Below, one piece after another: positions 1 through 11,135 of a stretch of 64,000 nucleotides of DNA. The translations under genes were made by a program, and so were the position numbers. Numbering within the stretch: position 1 is the first letter of the stretch; every line of letters begins with the position of its first letter. The notes below the pieces were generated by a model. It saw only the letters and a program-made list of their open reading frames with translations. It did not search any database and was not told where the DNA came from. The stretch comes from Felis catus (taxonomy: Eukaryota), in assembly GCF_018350175.1 (NCBI RefSeq), contig NC_058368.1:46440001-46504000 (forward strand), read 5' to 3'.

Positions 1-1144
1 AAAGAAAGTTAAAGATGCAAAACTAGAAACTTTCGCAATTGCTTACTTAAGACAATTGAAAACAACATGTTTCACTTCCTGCAAGGAGTCTTCCTTGATA
101 TCTACAACTCTGACGATTACAGCCTCTGAACATCTTAGCCCTCACTGCCCACTCCACTCACATGGCACACAGATCATGATGCTATGCCATCTTATTATAT
201 TTTATTACTGTTAGCTACTCCATGAGTAAACTTTGTCTGCCAACAAGGTCTCGGACCCTTGAATATAGAAATGAAGACAGAATTTGCTAAACTCCTAACT
301 AAGGTAGAGCAGGTTGATGGTGAAACTTCCTTCTTAATCAAAAACAAAAACAAAAAACAAAACAAAACAAAACAAAGTTAAAAATGACATTTAAATTCTG
401 TAGTGCCCTGAAGAGACTAGAGTAGCCTTGAATAAGAATATGATTCCATTTTTTTTTCCTTCTCTCTTTTTTTTTTTTTTTGCTTTACTTTGTTGGGTTT
501 GAATATCATTCACAATCCCAAGAAGATTTTATTAACTGTCACCCTGGTCTAAATTAATCAGTGAAAGAAGAAAAGGGGATTAAAGGAAAAATCTGGAAGG
601 GTCACAATTTTTATGAAGCACATAAATAAAGAAGAAAATTTGAAAGTAATTTTAATTGGCCAATAATTTAATGAGCTCGACACTTGCGTGACACACTTCC
701 AAGTTTATCATTAAAGTTTTTAAAGTTAAGCTAGTTGGGATTTAGGATATGGGTCTTTATTTAGAACCAAACTGCTTTTGCCTCTTTTGGGTTTTCATTT
801 GATTCAGTCAGTTTCGTATTATCTTTGACCTCACTGGTGGACTACCACAGTCCAGTCTTGAGTGTGAATTCATTAGCCATGTTGCTCCTTGTTAATTGCC
901 TCTTCATTCTGTATTCTTTCTCACTGGACACCCTAATTACACCTCTATTCACCCCACACTCTTGATGACAGGTTAGGCAACTGCCTCAACTTTTATTTTC
1001 CTTAATTTGAACATTGGTTTTATGATTTTTCCCCTGCCTAATAAATAGAGATTGGCCCAAATTCCTATTTGTCAGTAGATAGCACTTTACTTACCCCTGG
1101 GAAAATAGTTAACTGAACTGCTTTGTTAAACCACCAGTCTAGGC

Positions 1145-1267
1145 CTAGTCTAAACTATCTCTGTCTGGTTTATCTTACCAATAATCTAGTCTACACCATC
1201 TCTGTCTGGCTTATCTTACCAATAATCTAGTCTAAATCATCTCTGTCTGGTTTATCTTACCAAAAAT
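1145..1267. repeat. Minisatellite, 3 x 41 bp
   Basis: Unit ctagtctaaactatctctgtctggtttatcttaccaataat at 1145, 1186 and 1227 with few substitutions. Confidence 0.95.
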
Positions 1268-1479
1268 TTGAACACATTTTGTTGATTCTTCTCTAACAAA
1301 CTGTGTTTCTCTTTCCAATTTTTTCTTTTATTTCTCCTTCCCAAATATTGTCTTTACATTATAAATGTTCGTTCCCTTACACTAACTGTTGCTGTATCTC
1401 TTTAATGCTGACAAATTAACTTTCCCTTAAAAAGCAAAACATCTTTGTACCCCAAACATTTCTGAACAGTCAGTGTATT

Positions 1480-1700
1480 TATGGGAAAGAAGATGAGCTT
1501 ACAAGTCATATGTAGAAGATCAAATGCTGTCTCTACTACTTTGTAGCTGTGGAACCTTCAGCAAGTTACTAACATGAGACCTGGATTCTTCATGTTAAAA
1601 TGTGACTGACTGCGTTCACCATAGAGGATTCTTGTGAGAAGTGAATGACGGGCAGAATATAACATGCCTCCTAGCCCAGTGCCTTGTATATGGCTGGCAT
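1480..1700 (+). mobile_element. MIR remnant
   Basis: Degenerate MIR core (ctctactactttgtagctgtg...gcaagttact...taaaatg...cagtgccttg). Confidence 0.6.
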
Positions 1701-1776
1701 TCAAAAAATGCTTCTCCTTTATCCTTTTTCACAATTTCCTGTGTTGCTCATTTGACTTTCTGGCACATGTGCGTGG

Positions 1777-1777
<1 letters not shown>

Positions 1778-1811
<34 letters not shown>
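1778..1811. repeat. (CA)n microsatellite
   Basis: Direct observation. Confidence 0.98.
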
Positions 1812-1815
<4 letters not shown>

Positions 1816-2015
1816 GCAAATGTTATTATGCACAAAATATCAAAATAATTAACATATAGGTTGACCTCATGGGTTTAATTTAGTTTCAAAGGCACACTTA
1901 AGAACAAATAATTCTAGACAAAGTCAACAAAAATGTATTTAAATAGCCAGTCCTCAGGGGAAAAAAAAGACTAACTTCTACAAAAAACTCTACCACTAAA
2001 ATGAATGTGTTCAGT

Positions 2016-2234
2016 GGGGTACCTGGTGGCTTAATACACTTAGTTAAGTGTCTGACTCTTTATTTCAGCTCAGGTCATGATGTCCCGGTTCATTAGTTCG
2101 AGTCCCACATTCAGCTCTGAGCTGACAGTGCAGAGCCTGCTTGGTATTTTCCCTCTTCCCCTCTCTCTGCCCCTCCCCCGGCTCATGTGCTCTGTTTCTT
2201 TCTCTCAAATAAATAAATAAATGAACTTTAAAAA
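2016..2234 (+). mobile_element. Can-SINE
   Basis: tRNA-derived head, gctcaggtcatgat core, CT-rich tract, AATAAA tail. Confidence 0.92.
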
Positions 2235-2243
2235 TAGTATATC

Positions 2244-2451
2244 AGGGTGCCTTGGTGGTTCAGTCAGTTAAGAGTCTGATTCTTGATTTCAGCTCAGACC
2301 ATGGTCTCATTATTTGTGAGTTCAAGTCCTGCATCAGGCTCCACACTGGCAGTGCAGAGCCTGCTGGAGATTCTCTGTCTCCCTTTCTCTGCCCTTCCCC
2401 TGCTCACACGCCATCTCTCTCTCAAAATAAATAAATAAACATTTTTAAAAA
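2244..2451 (+). mobile_element. Can-SINE, in tandem with the previous copy
   Basis: Same architecture, starting about 10 bp after the previous tail. Confidence 0.92.
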
Positions 2452-3261
2452 CTGGCATAACTGTGATATAAGTCACTGAAAGGTATAATGTCGAAAATGT
2501 TGTTAGTAATAATCATATTGATTTATCCTACCAAAGCAATAAAATTAAATTATATAAATAGTTCTTAGGATGCAATAGTAGAATACATTTTTGTTTCCAT
2601 TGCATATTATGCATCATATATTTCTTATGACAGCATCAAACTGATTTGGAAGTTGAATAATCAAAATACAGTGCATATTTATAGAATGTCTATCAAAGAA
2701 TAGTCACTTGCTTTAATCTCCTTCACTTGTCCCCAATATTCTTATCATGTATGAAATATAAGCAGGAATATACTTTAACTGGATTAATAAAATGTCTAAA
2801 ACTTATACCATTGTATTCTAAAAACTAAGAATTCTGCAATCTGGAGGATAGATTTGGCTGTCATATTTTCACTTTTTAAAGGACTAAAATCAAAAAAGGA
2901 ATTATCATTTCAAAGATTTGGGAGTCTCTAAAATTGTTTCTGTTAAACATGCACACAAATAGTTCCTTGATAAATGCTCACATTTTTTAATTTTTAAAAT
3001 ATTCTTTTCAAATTCAAAACACTTTATTTTTCTTAAGAGAAAAATCTGAATACTAGCCCCATTTTTCAATTAGGATGTCAAAAATTTCAGGAGAATTCAT
3101 TACTATCTTTGGGAATATAAGCAACGCCTTTTCACCAGAGTATGAGCTTCTTAGAACCAAAAATCAAGGCAGTTACTATATTTCTGTGTAGTCAAAATTA
3201 GAAAACAATGTATTTAGAACTTAACCGAGTCAGAAATTAATTGACATGATGAATACCAAAA

Positions 3262-3376
3262 GGGTGAGAGAGAGGGAAAGAAAGAGTGAAGGAGGAAGAG
3301 AGACAGGAAAGAGAGAAACAGGAAGGTGAGAGAGAGAACAAGAACAAGACAGACAGACAAAAAGAAAAGAAAAGGA

Positions 3377-3448
<72 letters not shown>

Positions 3449-3539
3449 GGAAGGAAGGGAGGGAGGAAGGAAGGAAGGAAGGAAGAAGGGAGGGAGGGAG
3501 GGAGGGAGGGAGGGAGGAAGAAGAATGAAAGGGAGAAAG
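3262..3539. repeat. Compound polypurine repeat (GAAA)n/(GGAA)n/(GGGA)n
   Basis: About 280 bp, nearly all purine on the + strand. Confidence 0.97.
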
Positions 3540-6362
3540 ATCTGTATATCACTTTTTAAAATCTTGGAATATAAAGATGGGGCATAATCATCATGTTTCT
3601 GACTTAGAAGTGGGGCAACACACAGACTTACAAACAGATATTGTTACATGAAAGCAATTTCAATGCTCTGATGAAAGGTTATATATTTGCAATGGAAAGT
3701 TACTTGAATTTCACACTGTAGAGCTGTTAGTGATAAGTAATTATACAACTGTATTTCCAATGATGGAGTCCCATTGCTGTGCTTGTTCCCTTCCCAGTGG
3801 AAAATATCTTGTGAAGCAAAGAGTGGCTAAGGGATTCAAGAGGAGGAAAACACATACCATAAAATATAATTAAAAATTGTGGAGGCTGCATATGACAAGA
3901 ATAACCATAAAAAACAGATACAAACCAGCTGGCTGTTAACAACTTCTGAGTTATAAAAATCTTAAACCTGCTGTAAAGCACTCAATTCGATTTACATAAC
4001 CACAGAGCTGACATTCCTTTTAGGCTCCTCTGTTGGGGATTATTTTGACATGTTTTAAAGCAACATAAAAAGCAACTGTGAAAGGAAGACATGTATCATG
4101 TTACACAGGAATTCATTCCTGCCTTAAGACTGGACTTTCATACTTTAATCTGAACCTCTTTCCTTGAACTGGAAAATATCTTTAATGGACACTGGCTGTC
4201 TGATTTTACAGCATTAGTTTTCGGATGCTCATATTTCTAATAACATTGATGCCTTCTCTCTGTGTGTTGTGTATTTGAGTCACTGGCCTTACACAATTTC
4301 AGCTCAGTGGTATCCATCCAAGAACTAATATCCGTGGTCTATAAGAAGGGAATAATATTTTGGTCAACCATGACTGAAACAACTATAATTTCTTAGGAAC
4401 CTAATGATGCAGACAGCATTCTACAAAACTAACATAGCTTGCTGTAGGGAATTAAAAATAAACAAAATAAAATAAAATCAATCGTACATTGAGTGAAGTT
4501 TTGATGTATAAGTGCTGGCAGCCGAAATTGCCCAGAGCACAAAACGAGCTCTGCCGTTTGATAATTTGCTTGATTCACTATGTAGCTACATGCAGGGCAT
4601 TTTATGCCTGACTTATATTTAGTCCAGTCACCTGCTTAATGTTAGAAGGGTTATAATTATATACAAGGGTTCTGACCATATAGCATGTCGATATTTCAGA
4701 TCTGACATAAAATATATATGTTCATTTGAGGTTTAACCATCAGAAATATTTTTAGTAGTAATTTAATCTACAATTATTATAAATCACAAACTATTCTATT
4801 TTTACTAAGAATAAAGTAAGCAAACATCGGGGCTTGAGAAAATAATGGCTCCTCAAGTGGATACAGTAGAAAGAGCACAGGCATGGAGTTATGGTTTCCA
4901 ATTTTTACTCTGCCATTTTCGAGCTGTTCTGATCCTGAGCAGCAAACCCGAGACCCGATTTCCTCAACTGTGAATGGCCTTTTATTCTGTACCATTAAAA
5001 GCTGTCGGGAGTTAATATGATATAATATATGAATGCTTAAAAAAATAAGCTAGAGTTTTTTTTAAATGAACCTTTAAAATAATTTTCTATTTTATGTGTA
5101 AGCTGCTTTTTGTTATGTTGGATGGCCTTAGCAGTTATAGTAATCTCTTAGTTTGTTAGCTTGCATGATTATTTAAAAACAGAAATTACCATTCAGAAAA
5201 ACAGAGAAATCATACAAGTTTGGTATGAAAGAAATAATAATGGATTCAATTTTAGTCATTGACAAGTTTGAGATGACAACAGGAAATTCAAGTGCAAATA
5301 TCCAATACTTAGTGATGGATGTAAAATGGTTTGGCGAGAATTATGGATAATAGTGATGATAATAATGAAAAAGGACATAAGATCATTATTGAATAGAATC
5401 TAAACAGTGAAAAACAAAGAGATAATTTAAATCTCTCCATAAGTTTTTACTAATTGTTTATTTTAAAATGTAACATGCTTTTGCTACATTGTTGTATCTT
5501 GAGTAAATAGGAATTTACTCCCTGGCAAATGTCTTAGCACACAGCAAAATCGACTTCCTGGGACCTTTTAAATTCAATTTATTAGGTGAAACATACTATT
5601 TTTGTTCTTTTGTTGCCTGGATCTGTCAGAGGATAAGTTTAAGCATCAGGAAAGAAGAAAGAACATTACTTAAACTGTGCCTTGAAATGTTACAGCTATT
5701 TCTGCACAATGGAATGACCAATGAAATATTACTCAAATAGTCACGTATAAAATCATTCAAGTTAACACATCTAAATCTGATTTAATCAAATCTACATATT
5801 TCAGATTTCAAACAACTAATCAACAACTCAATTGTTTTCACATAATACTGAAAAGGAATAAAAACTTGTGCAACTTGCTAGATTATATTTCCAAAATAAA
5901 ATACCAAATGAAAAGTTTTAGGCAAAATAATCCCTTGAAATTAAGTTTATTTTAATTTCATCAGCATATTGAATCTTGAAACTGACAATAATAATAAATA
6001 ATAATAATAATACTTGTAAAATTATCTTAAATATAACAAACAAACAAACAAACAAAAAACCTCTACAACACACCTAAGGGAGAACACTCAAGGCATTTAA
6101 ATAAGGCATTTAAAGATATCAAAGCCAAGTAGTCTACAGTTTTTCAGTGAGCTTATGTTTGGAACTTATTTTTTTCCCCTTTGAGTCTTTTTCTTGCATG
6201 AATGACACTCATTCTTCCAGTCCTACCTTCTAGAACAATAGAGAATTAATCTGTATCTTTTGTTAAATATCCAAGACGGTGCCCATGCTTCCCCAAGCCC
6301 CATTTCTTCTCTAAATATCCTAATTTCCTCCAAACAATCTTAAGAAAATAACTTCCAGTTCT

Positions 6363-6578
6363 TTAGAAAATTTTTTTAATGTTTATTTATTTTTGAGAGA
6401 GAGAGAGAGAGAGACAGATCGTGAGTGGGGGAGGGGCAGAGAGCGGGAAACAGAATCTAAAGCAGGTTCCGTGCTCTGAACTGTCAACACAGAGCCTGAT
6501 GCAGGGCTGGAACTCATGAACCATGAGATCATGACCTGAGCCAACGCTGGAAGGTCAATGGAGCCACCCAGGTGCCCC
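6363..6578 (-). mobile_element. Can-SINE with TSD
   Basis: Ends ccacccaggtgcccc; flanked by aataa(c/t)ttccagttct. Confidence 0.93.
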
Positions 6579-6719
6579 TAATAATTTCCAGTTCTGATTA
6601 CACAATTTGGACCAGCAGTTTTCTATCATGACTCCTCAAGACATAGTAACCACAAATGGACACAATACTGTTGAAACGGTCTAAGCAAGCAAGTCTGCTA
6701 TCAAAACAATGCATTATTT

Positions 6720-6913
6720 AGAGCTCATTAGCACCCGCATAATTTTTCAAACTTAAATGGACTTAAGTGAATCACCATATTGATGATAATACTTTGAGGT
6801 TTTATTTGCAAATGAAAAAAAAATGTACTTAGGTTGAAAACATCAAATATTATTGTTGAAATATATGGGGTGGAATGGACTGGTGAATACATGTTTTTTT
6901 AATCATGTTCAAA
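6720..6913 (+). repeat. Old dispersed duplication, copy A (partner 8667-8858)
   Basis: Colinear shared blocks: ataatttttcaaa, ttaagtgaat, ttgaggttt, taggttg, tattgtt, tggtgaatac, aatcatg. Confidence 0.85.
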
Positions 6914-7563
6914 TTATATTAATAACCTAAATGGTCACAAGGCTGCTGATAAGCATGCAAGGCTATTGCATAAGTTATTTAGGAGACAGGCTTAGCAGTC
7001 AAGTTAGCAATCTAGGGCAAGGAAAATCAGTGCCAAGATTTTACTCATCTGTAAAATGGAAACCATAATAACTACCCAAAGACATATTCTATAGATTAAA
7101 AATATACTAATATACGTAAAAGGGCTTAGTAACTAAAATATAATAAATCCCAATAGATGGTAACAATTACTAAGAAAATTGCGTATTCATTAATCAGCCA
7201 ATGATTGACTTGAACCTTCAGTCACGTCACTCTTTATAAACAATGTAAAACCCTATTTTTATCTTTCCACACACACACAAAATGCTATCAAATTTATTTT
7301 TCACACACTTGTAATAAACAAATGAATTTTTGAGTCAAATCAAATATTACTTTCCACAATGATGACAATGGTCATCCCCTTAACCTCTGGTTTTCTCTTC
7401 TTTAGAAAACATATAGTACTTTTGTATAGCTCTTTTGGTAATTATCACTTTGTACCTTCAATTACAGTTTATTGAGTGGCAATATCATTCATTTTTGTAA
7501 CTGCTAAAATTCATGATAAGTATCTGTTAAATATAGTAATGAACCTTTCTAAAGTGTAAATTA

Positions 7564-7773
7564 GGGGCGCCTGGGTGACTCAGTCGGTTGAGCATCCGAC
7601 TTCAGCTCAGGTCATGATCTCATGGCTTGTGAGTTCGAGCCCCGTGTCCAGCTCTGTGCTGACAGCTCAGAGCCTGGAGCCTCTTCAGATTCTGTGTGTT
7701 TCTCTCTATCTCTGCCCCTCCCCCACTCACACTCTGTCTGTCTCTCAAAATTAAACATTAAAAAAATTTTTTT
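7564..7773 (+). mobile_element. Can-SINE (SINEC_Fc-like) with 12-bp TSD
   Basis: TSD aagtgtaaatta at 7552-7563 and 7774-7785. Confidence 0.96.
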
Positions 7774-7931
7774 AAGTGTAAATTACACAAATGACTTCTG
7801 ATATAGTTATGAGTATGTTTGATGATAACAAATGTAACAAATATTCGTTTCATATTAGCTATGAGTTTAAGATACTGTAGTTAATGACTACATATCCCTT
7901 ACTGATTTAGAAATTAGAGATCTCTGTTAAG

Positions 7932-7943
7932 TGTGTGTGCGTG

Positions 7944-7978
<35 letters not shown>
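7932..7978. repeat. (TG)n microsatellite
   Basis: Direct observation. Confidence 0.97.
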
Positions 7979-8174
7979 AACCTCTCTGAGAAAAGTAGAT
8001 GGAGGAATTAAAATCAGAAACAGCAGAGACAATAATATGAGAACATTAATCTGTTATCTTTTGCTACTTTGTTTCTCTAATCAAATTTTAGCCTCTGCTA
8101 AACACAAAAGGTTTTCTTAACAACCTTGACATTTAAACTGTTTTAAATAAAACTCAAGAAGAAAGAAAAGGAAG

Positions 8175-8276
8175 CAAAGGAAGAGGAAAAAGCAAAAAAC
8201 TAGGTTGAGAGGATAATAATTCAGGTTTGGGAATCTTGGGCTCATATGAAAAAACATGGACAGATTAATGAGGAGA
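8175..8276 (+). repeat. Recent 102-bp duplication, copy 1 (partner 9196-9297)
   Basis: 4 mismatches in 102 bp by manual alignment. Confidence 0.95.
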
Positions 8277-8666
8277 TTAAATGTCTTCTAGTCACAGGGC
8301 TATTGGAGAAATGATTCAAGGTTTAAAGAGTAAACAATTAAACATAAGCTGTTAGTCATTGAAATACAGGGAAACAGTGGCTCAGAAATTTAAGGAATTG
8401 TTAATGTCATACATATATTTAGTGGTTAGGTTAATCAAGGACCCATATCCCCTTAATTTAGAGCGCAGTTTTACAGATTCTCAACTATTAAATATTCGAT
8501 TTCTACTGGGCTTTTAGAGTGAATATAGAAAAGAAATAGATTCCAGACATTTCAGTTGTTCATTTATTTAAACCGATTCAACATTCATTTATTAATATTT
8601 CGACATGATTTGCATGCCCATCTCAAATAATATATCCATGCAGAGTTCCAAAGAGAACAATATGCA

Positions 8667-8858
8667 AAGTTCATTAACACTCATATAATTTTTCAAATCC
8701 AAAAGGGATTTAAGTGAATTGCTTATTGGCAACAGTACATTGAGGTTTGATTCCCAGATGTAAAATCTTAGGTAGGTTGCAAATACCAAATGCTATTGTT
8801 AAAAGTCTCCTGTGGGAAGTAGATTGGTGAATACACGTCAAAAAAAATCATGATCAAA
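8667..8858 (+). repeat. Old dispersed duplication, copy B
   Basis: See 6720-6913. Confidence 0.85.
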
Positions 8859-9195
8859 CCTGGCACTTTTGTTGACAGACTTTGTAGTGAGGTCGAAGGT
8901 GTAATTAGGCCAGAAAATTACTTTCTCACTACTAGAATTGTTCCCTTCAGGTCTTGAGTTATCAGTCCAGAAAATTTCATTAAACACTAAATTCACTTTA
9001 AGACAACTGTCAAAATTAAGCAGAGGTGAGTCAAGTCAAGGTCCTAATATTCAAATCTTTCATTTGGATTTTGAGATTCAATGTAAAATAAAAATTTCTG
9101 TAGTTTCATTTTTCTATGAAGACTAAACTTCTTGTGAATTTCAGAAACAACTTTGTCCCCTTTTGGAAACAGGATGGGGCAGAATAACAAAAAAT

Positions 9196-9297
9196 CAAAG
9201 GAAGAGGAGAAAGCAAAAAACTAGGTTGAGAGGATAATAATTCAGGTCTGGGAATCTTGGGCTCATATGAAAAAACACGGACAGATTAATGCGGAGA
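9196..9297 (+). repeat. Recent 102-bp duplication, copy 2
   Basis: See 8175-8276. Confidence 0.95.
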
Positions 9298-9708
9298 ATT
9301 TAAAATGTTTAATAGCCATAAATTAATGAAATGATTTCATTGAGATCTTAATATGAAATCATAAAAATTCAAGTGCTCACAATTATTACAGATACAATGC
9401 AAATAGGAAAAAGAAAAAATCAGAAACTAGGTTCTGAAGATTGGTATGAAACTTAGAGTGATACTAATGGTCTAATTGTGAATTCACCTTATTTGTTTTA
9501 AAATAATTCTGAGATGGTTACAGTATATTTATAAACAACTGACACACCGTATTTTGAAAAGTAGCAAGACATAGGATATTCTGGAACATACTTAGTAGGT
9601 AGGTGAGCAAGGAATCAGTATTAACAAAAAGGAAATATATGTCACAAGACACAGAGGAATTATATTTTCCAAAACATTATAGTAATAACTTAAGAATTAA
9701 ATAATTGA

Positions 9709-9935
9709 GGGGCGCCTGGGTGGCGCAGTCGGTTAAGCGTCCGACTTCAGCCAGGTCACGATCTCACGGTCTGTGAGTTCGAGCCCCGCATCAGGCTCTG
9801 GGCTGATGGCTCGGAGCCTGGAGCCTGCTTCCGATTCTGTGTCTCCCTCTCTCTCTGCCCCTCCCCCATTCATGCTCTGTCTCTCTCTGTCCCAAAAATA
9901 AATAAAAAACGTTGAAAAAAAAATTAAAAAAAAAA
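9709..9935 (+). mobile_element. Young feline SINEC_Fc with perfect 17-bp TSD
   Basis: ggggcgcctgggtggcgcagtcggttaagcgtccg head with CpGs intact; long A tail; TSD aagaattaaataattga at 9692-9708 and 9936-9952. Confidence 0.98.
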
Positions 9936-10899
9936 AAGAATTAAATAATTGAAATATAGCTTCAACTATTTTGCCAATTATATCAAAGTTTAGTGTTTCA
10001 TAAAATACAGTGTAAAGTACTTCTATAATTCTCGGAGCCAGAGTCTGCAGTAAACTGCCCTTGGATGCCAATTGTTACATTGCTTCCACTTGGTAATTTA
10101 TCAGTTGCACAAATAAGTAATAACACAGAAATTTACAACAAATAAATAATTAAGGTAAGTGAAGACGCACCAGAGTGAATGATTAACAAAAGTTAAAAAA
10201 TTATTTTTTTTCAATTACTTAGGGTAAAATAGTATGCTTGGTACTTCCAGTAACACTACACTGCGCTTAAGCATTTATAAAGTTCAGAAATAACTTTAAT
10301 AGCATAAACAACTTGTTAGTAAGTTTACATTACATTATTTAGCAAAACATAATGTCAAAAAAACTAATTAATAGGTTTTTCCACAAATGCTTAAGAAAGG
10401 GATAGCCAGGTTCTAATTATCAGTCATCATTATGTTTGAATTAAAATTCAAACACTGTGGATTATTAAGTAATTAAGCTCGATCATGAATTTTGAAATAT
10501 AATTTTCAACATCTCTCACTCTATCCTTTTTTTGTCTTCTATACTAAGCTTCCGAATCATGGCACTGAACATCTCAACTCTTTACCATATAACTATTCTT
10601 TAACAGCACTCAAGCTTCCACCCAGTATCAGCAGAGAAATTTCATCAAGGTGATACAATCTAGGCTAGTAAGTAGAATGCCTACAAGAACTGATTTATGT
10701 ACAATATGTTGGATGTGAAAAGTTATTGTGCTGTGCTGTGCTGTGATTTTTTTCAAATTATGTATGTTGATGAAAATTTGAAGTGTTCTATAAGATTTGA
10801 GTCTACCCTTAAAGAAAAAAGCAAAACTTTATTTCAATTCATCTTGTTTCCACTGGGCTCAAAATATAGGTGGTATCTAAAGAGACTATTGCATTCCCT

Positions 10900-11135
10900 G
10901 GAAATAATATGGATGAAAGAGTGAAAACAGAGTTTATAATTATCCATCCCTGAGTTCAATCCCCAAGTGAGCTCTTTTCTTCAATTTAAGCAAGTTATTT
11001 AAATTATATGTGCCTTAGTTTATTTATATGTAAAATGGAGTAAACAAGATTTCCTTCATCATTTGACACAAGAAATAAATTATGTATTTAGGAATTAGCA
11101 AAGTTCCTACCGTGTAGTAGTTACTCAATATATAA
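10900..11135 (+). mobile_element. MIR remnant
   Basis: ctgagttcaatcccc...gcaagttatttaa...gtaaaatggag...gtagttactcaata. Confidence 0.6.

Noticed and set aside
1145..1267. CRISPR-like array
   Set aside because: The units are contiguous with no unique spacers, there are no cas genes, and the context is mammalian.
3286..3559. Lys/Glu/Arg-rich ORFs
   Set aside because: These are translations of the (GAAA)n repeat.
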